Shown here: positions 13,958 to 25,842 of the stretch, piece after piece
How the letters are laid out: each line of letters begins with the position of its first letter
Numbering within the stretch: the stretch's first letter is position 1
Assembly (NCBI GenBank): GCA_002269645.1
Contig: NIVC01003379.1
Span: forward strand, 1 to 64,000
Direction of reading: 5' to 3'
DNA length: 64,000 nucleotides
Source of the DNA: Macrostomum lignano
Taxonomy: Eukaryota
The notes under the pieces: generated by a model
What the model saw: the letters and a program-made list of their open reading frames with translations, nothing else
Told to the model about the DNA's origin: nothing
Database searches by the model: none
Translations under genes and position numbers: made by a program

Positions 13958-15177
13958 GAGCAGAGAGAAGCGAGAAGGCGAGAAGAGATAAGAGAAAAAA
14001 GATAAAAGAAGAGAAAGGAGAGATATAAGAGCAGACGAGAGAGAAGAGAGGTGACGGAAGAGCCGAGCGACGAGGAGACAGAGAGGAGATAAAACAAGAA
14101 AAGAGATGAGAGGAAAGAGGTGAGGGAAGAGACGAGAGAAGAGGGGAGAGAGAAGAGATAAAACAAGAAAAGAGATGAGAGGAAAGAGAGAGACGAAAGA
14201 GGTGAGGGAAGAGACGAGAGAAGAGAGAAGAGAGGAGAGAGAGAGGAAAGAGTAGAGAGGAGAGATGATAGAGTAGAGGAGAGAGTTAAGAGAAGAGAGA
14301 AAAGAATAGAGAGGACAAGGAAGAGACGAGAGAAGAGGGGGAGAGAGGAGAGAGGAGAGGAGAGAGAAAAGAAGAGGGAAGAAATGAGATAAGAGATATG
14401 AAAGAGAAAAAAGATGAGGTAATATACGAAAGAAGATGGGAGAGAGGAGAGAGGAGAGGAGAGAGAAAACGAAAGAGGAGAGAGGAGAGCAGAGAGAAAA
14501 CGAAAAGTAGAAAGGAGAGAGGAGAGGAGAGAGAAAAGAATAGGGAAGAGATGAGATAAGAGATATGAAAGAGAAGAGAGATGAGGGAAGATACGAAAGA
14601 AGATAGGAGAGGAGAGGAGAGAGAAAACGAAAGAGTAGAGAGGAGAGAGGAGAGGAGAGAGAAAACGAAAAGTAGAGATGAGAGAGAAGAGAAGAAAGAA
14701 AACGAAAAGTAGAGAGGAGAGAGAGAGAAAAGAGTAGAAGAGAAGAGACAAGAGATAAGATAAGAGAGATGAAAGAGGAGAGAGATGAGGGAAGATACGA
14801 GAGAAGAGAGGAGAGAAGAGAGAGGAGAGACGAGGGACGAGAGAGAAGAAAGGAAACAGAAGAGACGATAGAAATATAGAAATAGAAAGGATCCAAGAGA
14901 CGTAGGGAGAGTCAGGGGGAGGCCAGAGTTTGCCAACACATGTTTTAGAGTCAGACAGACATTGCCTGACATTCTTCGGAGTACCCCAGCCAACAATATC
15001 AATGTTTGCCTCAAACCCTAATTTTACACGAGTGTGCTCCATTTTATGTCTACCCCTATCCTACGAACTATTAACAAGTTTTTGTTTGTGTATGGCCTTA
15101 GATTTCAGAATACATGCAAAAGTGGTTCCCAGGATTGGAATTCCCCGGGTTCAAAATCCGCGGGTTTCAACAGCTTG
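11921..15177 (+). mobile_element. Non-autonomous Helitron
   Basis: 5' end A|TCTATACCTATAAAATGAAAACTCTGTGTGTCTGTGT is typical of non-autonomous Helitron heads. Degenerate 3' end: GC hairpin (CCCGGG..CCGCGGG) followed by CAACAGCTTG|T, with CTTG in place of CTAG. Confidence 0.6.
13125..14900 (+). repeat. 1.8-kb polypurine (GA-rich) low-complexity tract including a pure (GA)n run
   Basis: Almost exclusively G/A on the + strand; it generates the spurious S/L/F-rich minus ORFs. Confidence 0.95.
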
Positions 15178-18100
15178 TAGACTTATAGCTCGTACGTATA
15201 AGTTTATAGAAAAAATAACAAAACTAATGACCCAAAAATAGGAACAAGAATCATTTTGACCTTTCTTACTTTATTTAGAATGACTATTGCGTCCATTGGA
15301 GACTGCAAAGCGTTGGGTCCAACTGTAGGCGAAATGTATAAACAAAGAGTGCAATAAGTCCCATGGACTATACTGTTAAACATTCGAATTACAATTATCT
15401 AACTCGAAAAAGACTTACAGTACTTCAGGTGGTCTAACTTTTAATGCAGTAAGGCTGACATATTAACTACTTGCATAAGAGCGATGAAAGAACTTCTTTC
15501 TTTCTTTCTAAAAGTATACACTTAAATGACACATTTTACATACACTTCATCCATTTGAATCAGGAGACCGGAATTCATTCTAACTAGATGGTGATAACAA
15601 TTGTTAGTCCAAGTGAATAAGAAAATCTAAAAGAAAAGATTTCCATTTAGAAAATGCCAGAAACCGTTACATGGAACGACAGCTGCTGACTGAGAACAAA
15701 TTTAATTGCACGGATGAGCATCAAAGTTGGGTTTAAAATTTCTATCTTGAAGTGACGAATAGACGGAATCCGTTTCCACTTCACTGGTCCTTTGAATCCT
15801 GCTGCATCTACAACAATGAATGGTGAAAAATGACGAAATCCACTGACCGCTCAGGAGCAAAAGCTAAGACATTTAGCAAAGCACTATCATAAACTGTAAG
15901 CCAGTAAATGTCTCGAAAGCAATGTAAACTTACGATATGCTTCTCTAGCCTTTTCCCGGAGGTGCTTACGCAAGCCATTAGGAGCGATTAAGCAAATTAG
16001 AAAAATATAATTTAAGTCGCGCATATGACACAGACCTCGCAGAGTTGCCCAGAGTGGACAATTTGTAGACAAAAAATTATACAAGGCGTCTTTATTCGCC
16101 GAACAAGAATCGTGCTGCTGCCTTGGCCGGCGGGATCCATAGGTGAGTTAAAGGCGGGTGGCACATGGGCAATGCAGCCTTTCACTCTATCAGTTTCCTT
16201 GAGCTCAATTCGGCCCGCCGTTCTAAATCGCTTAGGGCGCAGATGCAGTGGGGAGGCAACTCCTTTCAAATCGTCGGCTTTGGCAACTTGTATAGACAGG
16301 GCGACCGCCCACCGCACAGCCGATGCACTGCGTTGCACGAAAAATTTGCAAATTTGGCCGGCCTAGATGTTAAAGTTGCCGTCGAGAGAGGCTCCCTTGG
16401 AGTTTCAGCAGTCGTCGATGGCAATGACGTGCTCCTTGTCAGCAGCGCCATGGGCGAAGGCGGTGAAGCCGTGCTCGTTGTGAGCAGTGACGTCGGCAGA
16501 GGCGGCGAAGCCGCGGTCGGTTTCAGCAGCGACGTAGGCAAAGGCGAAGACGTTGTGATTGTCAGCAGTGAATTATGCGAATGCGGCGAAGACATGCTCG
16601 AAGACATGCTCGCTGATTGCGTTAACGTGCGCATTGAAGTTTGCGACTTGGACGAGTTACGTAGAATTTTTTCAAAATTTCACACGCTCTGTGCTGCTGC
16701 CCGTGCCATTTATTTCGAGTTTAAATTTCGAGTTTCTACCTAGGCGTCAACGCTATCAGCTGGCTACTATTAGTGGTTGCCATAGTGCGGGAGGTCGTTG
16801 CAGCTGCCGGTGTTTCTTCTGCGGACTCCTTCAGGTCGTAGTCGAAGCTTAAAACGGACGCCATGATTTTTTCGGCTTTGCACACGGTGGACTCGTAGAG
16901 CGGTTTGTACATGGACTTCTAGACTAGCAGGACGTAAAACTCAAAGATCGTGTAAATTTTTAGGACGACGATTTCCTAGAAAAAAATACACTGTGGAGAC
17001 GGAGATAAAAGAAAATCTTTTTTTCATCACAAAATCAATGATTGCATTTGATCTATGGCAGCTAAGATAACCATTATTTTCATTTAGCTCGCACAACATG
17101 TTACTCTATTATATTTTAATATAGTTGTGTATTGACAGTTTCATCTTCATATTATTTTCTTTTTATTTCATAAGCCCCAAGTTACAAAATGCTCACAAGT
17201 GGCATTAGCCGAACTTTTTGTTTTTTACCCTCTTGAATCAAGTATATTTGTAATAAAAATGCTGCATTCAGGTACTATTAAGCCATTATTGTAGGTATAA
17301 TTCCATTTCAATAGTAAGTACAATAATTACTAGGCCCCTTTCTAGGACTAGGCCAATGCCTATGTAATTAAATAAAGAGCTTGTTCACGAATGCCATTTT
17401 CATTTTCTTGTTTTACCTAGGAATAGTTTTAATTTAGAAAGCTATCAGTTTTTAAGCCAGACTTTAAGTTTAAGGCAGACAAAATGGTTAAACTTAAAGC
17501 CAAGTCACAACCAGGCTTGCACTAACCATTTTTCTAGGTTTCTACACTAAGACTTTTTTAATTTGGATTTTCAACATTTTTTTATAGTACATTACGAGTA
17601 TATTGCAAATTTGAATAGGCTAGCTAGCTGGTTTACCTTCCTTGAATTAGATATTTTGTTATATGATACCTTTGAAAATTATGATTTTAATATGTAATAG
17701 GACATTTCATATTTAAATTATAGTAATTATGAAAACATATTTGAAGATGATAGGTCTTTTCATTTTTAAAAACTAAAATGGCTAAGACTACATATCTATA
17801 TTTATCTTAACTTTAGTCTTTCCCTAGACACTCGAAATTGTGGGAAATTGTCCAAAATTGCAATCTGATTGTAAGGATTGGGCAATTATTGCAAATTGAT
17901 TACAAGTCACTTGCAGGTTTTGACAAGCTGATTGCCAATTTAATTGCAATTGATGTAACCGCCCTTGTCGCCGGTCCGCTCCTATTGAGAGACGAACGCT
18001 TGGCTAGAGGGGCAATGACCGTAGGCTGCGTATGACCGGGCAATGACCTGACGGTCCTCCAGCACCAGACTGTCCCGCCCACATGATTAGTAGCTTTGGT

Positions 18101-19721
18101 AGCGCTTCGTGCCCAGAGGGCCAAGGACCCACATGGACCCCACCTGTAGCCAAGGTGCAATAGTTGGTCACTCGGTCATGGTATGACCGAGTGGCTGCCA
18201 CCACTCTATGTGACCTGGCGCACCTGGATCTTTCTACCAGACCTCTCGAGGCTAGAGCCCCGCCTGGGATGGTTACCAGGAGATTTAGGCTAACAGGGGA
18301 GACACACGCAGCCGAGTACAGGGACTCTGCTTGGGGCATGATCGGAAACTCTGGGCTCAATCTGGAGGATTTCTCAGCAGGGGATCCTTTGTGGCTGTGA
18401 GCGAGGCTGACTTGCGACTTTGATTACTAAGAGTAGTATGAGGCGAACATGTACTGTCTATAGTTTAGATTGCTTAGGGCGAAGGGACGCGTTAGCATGG
18501 GGTTTCAACCTTCCTACTGCCATTCTGTGCCAAGACTCGCTAATACCCTCTACTGCACGCACTCACGGACCCGCGGCACGCACTCGCACAGGCGGGCTTT
18601 GCACGGAGAGAGGCCATTAGCTTACCCAAACTTCCCTATGCTTTGCCACCCCGGAAGAAAGGCTTAACAAGCCATGAGTGAAATGATGGTGAAAGAGTGA
18701 ATAATGATGAGGTTAGTTAATAGTTAATAATTCGGCCCTTAGGCAAATAATCAGGCAATTAGGCGGCTTCACTATTGAGTAAAAATACAGCAAAAGGTAC
18801 GGTATCACAACTGGCTCAGCTCTCTAATCAGACAATGGACAAATAAGCAAATGCAATTAGAGCACAAATCAGTAACAGGAACTTACCGGCAGCTGCACAG
18901 AGAGAGAGAGAGAGAGAGAGAGGCGGAGTGACCGAGGGCGGCTGTAGGCTGCAGTCAGGCGGACAGTGAAGCGGCGATGCGCTGAAGCGACGAGGCGCTG
19001 GTGTAGATCAGGCGAAGCTGATGATGCTGGGTGGTGTCAGACCGCTGGCCGATAGGCGAGCTCACTTGGGGAGCTGAAGATAACTTGGCGGTAACAGACC
19101 GCGGACCGGCAGGGATTCGTCTTATAGACGAATGGGTCAGAACTCAGTCTGACGGCAAGTCTAAAGAAAGACTAGGAGCCCGAAGGTGGGCCAAAGTTGA
19201 GTATTCTCACTAGCAATCTACGCCCCCCGTTGGGGAGCCAAAGAAATGCAATACAAGTTTTTTAATAAGCTAAATGTATCCTTGAAATCTTAAAAAATCT
19301 CCTGTCAAACCTTGTAAGCCTTGACATGTCAGTAATTCCCCCCACAAGCTTTAACATATCAACTTCCCCCCCCCCTGACATATCAGCAATGCCCCCAATA
19401 AGCCTTTAAAATCTAAAAATATCTGTCAACCTTCTAACCCTAATCCTAACCTAACCCTAACCCTAACTCGGACACTGGGAGACTGATACTGTATTTCGGG
19501 AGACTAATACACTTCTGGGAACCCGATACAGTTTGGTGCATCATACTCCCAGGTTAGGGTTTGAAGTGTATGTATCACCCTCAAGGTGTATTAGTCTCCC
19601 TCTTTGCTTTTTCACCTTAGGGTTATCTATGGAGTACACAGAACATGTAACTACACAACACTATGGAGTGCTAGTGCTACTGTTACTATTAGGTTTACAT
19701 AGCGTCACATAAGGTGACATT

Positions 19722-20143
19722 GGGTTAAATGGGGTTAGGGTTAAATATGGTTAGGGTTAAATAGGGTTAGGGTTAAATGGGGTTAGGGTTAAATGGGGTT
19801 AGGGTTAAATAGGGTTAGGGTTAAATAGGGTTAGGGTTAAATAGGGTTAGGGTTAAAAAGGGTGAGGGTTTAAAAGGGTTAGGGTTAAAAAGGGTGAGGG
19901 TTTAAAAGGGTTAGGGTTAAAAAGGGTGAGGGTTTAAAAGGGTTAGGGTTAAATGGGGTTAGGGTTTAAAAGGGTTAGGGTTAAATGGGGTTAGGGTTAA
20001 ATAGGGTTAGGGTTAAATAGGGTTAGGGTTAAATAGGGTTAGGGTTAAATAGGGTTAGGGTTAAATAGGGTTAGGGTTAAAAAGGGTGAGGGTTAAATAG
20101 AGTTAGAGTTAAATAGGGTTAGGGTTAAATAGGGTTAGGGTTA
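19722..20143 (+). repeat. Telomere-derived minisatellite, ~16-bp unit TTAGGGTTAAATAGGG
   Basis: About 25 tandem units with variants (TTAAATGGGG, TTAAAAAGGGTGAGGG). Confidence 0.9.
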
Positions 20144-21579
20144 TCGATTTCGACGGGGATCGCTTCTACATTTATCCAAGAGTACAGGGGGTCAAGTCCG
20201 GCCGAGATCCATCAAAATTAAGGGGCACTCGGAAATCACTTTCGTGACCGATGTCTGGGCAGGTGAGAATTTAAGAAGTGATAGAGCATCTATCCATGCG
20301 TCGGATGCTGTTTGTCTCATCAATAGATGTGCTACCGTTTCCGGCTGGCAGCCGTTCCCGCAAAGTGTAATTGCCCCCTCACCGTTTCTGCGCATGGAGG
20401 TACGCTGGACACTTTGAGTGCGATTAGCCAGCCTTCCCCTTGGTATTTCCGGACGTTCTTGGTGTCGTTGGAAAGCTCTAGTGATGCTCTATCGAATTGC
20501 ATTCAACGGAATTGGGTGCCACCTGCTCGTGGTAGATTCCGCCGCGACAGACGGACTTCCGGAAAGTGGCCAGTCAATCCCTTAGACCCCGAAGTACAAA
20601 ATTTTGGCAGAGACACTTTGAAAAAAACAAAGACACCTAGTCCGATGTATTTCGACACGTAGAGTCGGAATTTGACGGTCGCGAGACTGTCCGACGCAAG
20701 CTAAACTATCTTCAGCCGTTTTACACCTAAGAAACCCGCTACTTGCTACCATAAGTAGTATAGAAGTTTTTAGCTGTTCTATTCTGACTGGCCGACCAGC
20801 CCACTATGTAGTCCAGGCTGTGCTCGCTCTAACGACGCCACACACGTCGCTAGATGTGCTTCCGCTGTCGACTGGCAGCCGTTGCCACAAAGTGTAATAA
20901 TTCCCTCAATATTTTTAGGGCTAGAGTTGCAAGTTTCCAAGGCTCCAGCTTCGGCGCTATTGGCGCCAAAGTGGCGCCGCTACCGTCAGACGATTGGGTA
21001 TTTATTAAAGTGTGTATAGACGCTCGCGTCGCGCCGGTAGATGCCGCCGTTCTTTTTTGGCAACGCGCCAAGTAAAGCGTAATAATTCCCTCAGTCGTTT
21101 TATAGCGTTTGCCTAGGCTAAGTATTGCACAACAGACTGGTCCCATAGAGTGACCTATTGACCCCGGATTTCGACGGGAATCGCTTCTACGCTTCTACAA
21201 AATACTTAGTATCCAACTTCTAGGTTGCTCAGGCTGCTTATTAGTAGTAGTAGCGTAACTGCGACGTCATTAAAATAATGCAAGGCTGCCAACAGAATAA
21301 CCTTTTCCCTCCTATATTACCTGCTGTTGGTGTACAGCGGACATTTTGATGCTACAGGCATATGTTTATTCATTCACTTTCGGACAATGGGCGATGGTAA
21401 ATCATAGTGGTCAGCTAGTTATATTTAAACAGTTAGCGCAAAATTAGAGCTAAGGAGGGGCGAAGGCCGGATGTACGGATATTGACGATGGATAAACATG
21501 CAATTACACTATCTGAACTTATTTTTGAGAAAGTGTTTATATGCTTATGTAAATGCATACAATGCATAAAATGCAGCTT

Positions 21580-22423
21580 TTAAAATCGGCTTGTTTCAAC
21601 GTATATCCAGGCCTTGTTGGCCGCGAGTGCCAGCGAAATGATGTCGGCGCTTCTTAGCCGTTGAATCTGATTGCGCCCTGAGTAGAAAAAATATTAAGAA
21701 AAGAAACCGTCGTTTACATTCTGCGTATACCATGCTACTACCAAAGCAAGTAAAGTATAATTAACAAGTGTAAGGCAAAGAATCTAAACTCACCAACTGC
21801 TTGGCCATTAACGAATGTGCCATTGCTGCTCAGGTCTTTTATCACCGTCACGGGAGTGCCGCCAGCGTTATGCTACAAAACAACGGATAACTTGGTTCGA
21901 TTGACTCATCTTGACTCATCCGATTCTCAGGAGTCCCGACTGTGAAATAAGACTTACTCTTTTTATCTCCAAATGCCTTCGTGAGTACAGAAGGATATTG
22001 GGATCATTTCCTTCCATCAACACTTCCGTACATGATATGTCCCGACCAATGGTGACGACATTTTCGTCATTCTTCAGAGCTGCGGGGTTACGAATGAATG
22101 ACACTTTTATGTCTACTTCTCGATGATCTTCCTCGACGTCCTCGATGTCTGGCACATCACCATCCATACTCACTAGGCCCGAGTATTACCAAATGTCTTT
22201 TATACCAAGGTACCAAACGCACAAATGAGCAAAATGACTCACCGACGTTTTTAAAAAAATAAGGCAAAGCGAATAACCACCCATATGTCGGAGAGGTTGA
22301 AGCCACAGCTTCACTTGTGGTGCACTGTGGTGCGCTTGTGGTGCCAACTCCTGGTGCGTCACCTGTGCTGTCTGCAGCTGCCACCATGACAGCTGCGTCG
22401 GCCAGCAAATCTAGCGCGGAATT
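21580..22423 (-). CDS. Spliced gene for a stand-alone Chk2-type FHA domain protein (~147 aa from ATG 22387), no kinase domain
   Basis: Exons 22423/22387-22243, 22079-21958, 21872-21794 and 21677-21580 have GT-AG sites and compatible phases (1,0,1). Product: ...PTYGWLFALPYFFKNV|ALKNDENVVTIGRDISCTEVLMEGNDPNILLYSRRHLEIKR|HNAGGTPVTVIKDLSSNGTFVNGQAV|GRNQIQRLRSADIISLALAANKAWIYVETSRF*. FHA motifs GR, SxxH and NGTFVN are present, and the GRDxSC and IALSLxxNK features are Chk2-like. Confidence 0.85.
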
Positions 22424-22964
22424 CTAAAGCATCCGATCTTGTTACTATGTTACTTGTTACATGTTACTGGATTCGATAAACATGTTCCTGGATTCCATAA
22501 AAATGTTACTGGATTTTTGGAAAATGCCCTTTTAGAACAGACTGATTTTGGCATATCTTTGAAATGTGTCACTTATAAAATTAAAAAGCAAATTTAAAGC
22601 AATCATGTATAATAAAAATATTTAAATCTTTCCTGGCTACTCTGGTTTCCTGGTATTTTGTCTCTTCTAGACCTGAGCAGATCAAAGCACCTTCTAAAGT
22701 AAATTTTAAAAATAAAGTGGATGTTAAAAGTAGCTTCTTAACTAGCAATCTACGCCCCCCGTTGGGGAGCCAAAGAAATGCAATACACGTTTTTTTAATA
22801 AGCTACAGGTATCCTTGAAATCTTAAAAAATCTCCTGTCAAAACTTGTCAGCCTTGAAATGTCAGTAATTCCCCCCCCACAAGCTTTAACATATCAACTT
22901 CCCCCCTTGACATCTCAGCAATGCCCCCAATAAGCCTTGGAAATCTAAAAATATCTGTCAACCT

Positions 22965-23090
22965 TCTAACCCTAACTCTAGCCTAACCCTAACCCTAACC
23001 CTAACCCTAACCCTAGCCTAACCCTAACCCTAACCCTAACCCTAGCCCTAACCCTAACCTAACCCTAACCCTAACCTAAACCTAACCCTA
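22965..23090 (-). repeat. Interstitial telomeric-type tract (CCCTAA)n with variant units
   Basis: About 20 units including CCCTAG, CCTAA and CCTAAA variants. Confidence 0.95.
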
Positions 23091-23639
23091 ATCTGCATCC
23101 GAGGGGCTCCTGGCGGACTAACCCCCTCACGAGGGGGTTCTCGCGGCGAGGGGCTCTTCGCCCCTTACCTTGCGAAACGCCCCTCCAGGGGGCGCGAGAA
23201 GCCCCTCGCCATGTGCGAGAAGCCCCTCACCATAAGAATACATGTATTTTTTTCTTTTTTTTTCCGCAATACAATCTATAAATCCTTTCGTTTCTCTATC
23301 AACCTAAGCCACTATTTGAGGTCCCTTGACCTCCGTAGGCGGTCAGGGGGGAATTAACCCAAAAAAGCTTAATAGAGTGACATTTACTTTCGACGCTTTT
23401 CCAAGGTATGAGATAGAGGTCACCTTGTCATTAGGATTTTCTATACCATCCTAATCCGAGATCTCAGGGTGAGACTTTTCCGATTAGGTGAGATTTACCT
23501 TTAGATACGTTTTTCGGGTATGAGATAGGGGTCACATCTAACATATATTATACGGACTATCTAATCTTACAATCCTACAGTGAGATCTCAGGGTGCCTCT
23601 TTTCCAATAGGGTGAGATTCAGATTTAGATCTGAATTAT

Positions 23640-25395
23640 CCGCTTATCACTCTACTGAGCGACGATATTTAGTAGTCAAGATGGGCTTAAAATTATGAGG
23701 GGCGAAATGCCCCTCTTGAGGGGCAAATAGCCCCTCCTATCTCTACTAAAACACTTTTATAAGTTCCTTTCCTATATTCTCTGAGTAACAATTGACTTTG
23801 AACACATTTACATAACTGAAAGTCCGACTACCAAAACCTAGGATGGCCAGAAGCTAAAGTGAAGTAACGTCATATCAGTATATCGACCTTCTAAGAAAGT
23901 GTACTGATTTTCTAGAGTAGATGTCTGGAGCATTATTCTCTCTTCAGATTTCAGAAATAATATAAAAAGACAGGGAAATTTATATCATATCTTTGCTTTA
24001 TCGCAAGAGTGCGCTCAGTCTTTTTATTACGCTTATCACTCTACTGAGCGACGATATTTAGTAGTCAAGATGGGCTTATAATTATGAGGGGCGAAATGCC
24101 CCTCGTAAGGGGCGAATAGCCCCTCATATTTCTACTAAAATACTTTTATAAGTTCCTTGATATATTCTCAGAGTAACAATTGACTTTAAACATTCTTATA
24201 AGAGGCAATAAAGACAGTATAGTCATGACATGCCAGATATTGCATGTCCCCTGAAAAACTTACTACTCTGACATAGGCATACGTCGGTTCTCCTGACGAG
24301 GGTGAGAGTTACCTTCAGGACTCTCAAACGTTCATTGCGCTACTCATAATAAAGTGTATAACATGGACTTGTATGGTTAAGAACAAGAGCATGCAGTTGA
24401 ATGCCCCAATAGTACCTAACCTCTGAGTTGAAAATCTTACTCCTCACTATATTGGCAAACATCAAAGAGCAAATAAAAGCCAAGTCGAGATTCACTTGGC
24501 CGCATAGAAAAATGTTTGACAACTACTTAGGATATTTTTTCGCTTTAGGAGGTCTATACACGATTTCAGAATTTTTACACAACTGAAAGTCCGACTACCA
24601 AAACCTAGGATGGCCAGAAGCTAAAGTGAAGTAACGTCATATCAGTATGACCGAGTCCGCTCAGTCATTTTGATACGCTTATCACTCTACTGAGCGACGA
24701 TATTTAGTAGTCAAGATGGGCTTATAATTATGAGGGGCGAAATGCCCCTCGTAAGGGGCGAATAGCCCCTCATATTTCTACTAAAATACCTTTATAAGTT
24801 CCTTGATATATTCTCAGAGTAACAATTGACTTTAAACATTCTTATACGAGGCATTAAAGACAGTATGGTCAAGACACGGCAGATATTGCATGTCCCCTGA
24901 AAAACTTACTACTCTGACATAGGCATACGTCGGTTCTCCTGACGAGGGTGAGAGTTACCTTCAGGACTCTCAAACGTTCATTGCGCTACTCATAATAAAT
25001 TGTATAACATGGACTTGTATGGTTAAGAACAAGAGCATGCAGTTGAATGCCCCAATAGTACCTAACCTTTGAGCTGAAAAACTTACTACTTAACTGTATG
25101 GGCAAGCATAATAGAGCGCACAACAGCCAAGTCGAGATTCACTTGGCCGCATAGAAAAATGTTTGACAACTACTTAAGATATTTTTCGCTTTAGGAGGTC
25201 TATACACGATTTCAGAATGTTTACACAACTGAAAGTCCGACTACCAAAACCTAGGATGGCCAGAAGCTAAAGTGAAGAAACTTCATATCAGTATACCGAC
25301 CTTCTAAGAAAGTGTACTGATTTTCTGGAGTATATGTCTGGAGCATTATTCTCCCTTCAGGTTCTAGAAATAATATAAAAAGACCGGGAACTTTA
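23640..25395 (+). repeat. Three imperfect direct repeats of a ~650-720 bp unit with twin GAGGGGC/GCCCCTC hairpins
   Basis: CGCTTATCACTCTACTGAGCGACG starts at ~23641, ~24030 and ~24677. Copy 1 is internally deleted and copy 2 lacks the tail shared by copies 1 and 3. Confidence 0.9.
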
Positions 25396-25842
25396 CATTA
25401 ATTAGTTTCAAATTAAGTAATCGAATTTATTTCTTGGAAATGCTGCGACATTCTTATCTCATTATCGACCATGTTATTTTTTTCGAAGCATGGCACACTA
25501 GGGAAAGAAAATCTTCAATTATCAAACCAAAAAGCAAAATAATAAGCAAAATAATGCGGAAAGCAAGCCAATAAGCAAAATGATAAGCAAAGCAACACAA
25601 AATTGTAAGCAAAGTAAAATACGAAGTACTAAGCAAACCAAAAATTAAAAAAGAAAATATAAGGAGGTCAATGAAAAAAATTATGAGCAATAAATCAGCC
25701 ATGAAGTAATTAAGTATTAAGCAACTAAGCAATTAAGCTATTAAGTAAAGAATTGTAAGTGATCTAAATCGATTTTTTAAGTATGTTTAAGCTTTATCTT
25801 GTATTGATTTCTGACGGGAATATTTTTAGAACGAGTTTTATT

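Noticed and set aside
13531-15042. Long ORFs of 503, 406 and 242 aa
   Set aside because: They are artefacts of the GA-rich tract: S/L/F-only composition, open in all three minus frames.
16820-16864. S6-kinase-like TOS motif (FDYDL) at an ORF start
   Set aside because: Only a five-residue resemblance, with no kinase sequence following.
20850-21146. Chk2 kinase domain continuing after the FHA (LALKILRE resembles subdomain II)
   Set aside because: No glycine-rich loop, HRD or DFG motifs were found in the minus frames examined.
21916-22173. ORF-track start MSMDGDVPDIEDVEED as the FHA protein N-terminus
   Set aside because: It probably reads through an intron; the conserved Chk2-like upstream exon (22243-22423) splices in phase at 22079. 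An alternative acceptor near 22175 cannot be excluded.
23640-25395. Penelope/Terminon pseudo-LTRs with hammerhead ribozymes
   Set aside because: There is no canonical CUGANGA...GAAA core (CTGACGA is followed by ...CTCAAAC) and no PLE reverse transcriptase or GIY-YIG in the window. It is kept only as a low-score pseudoknot note.
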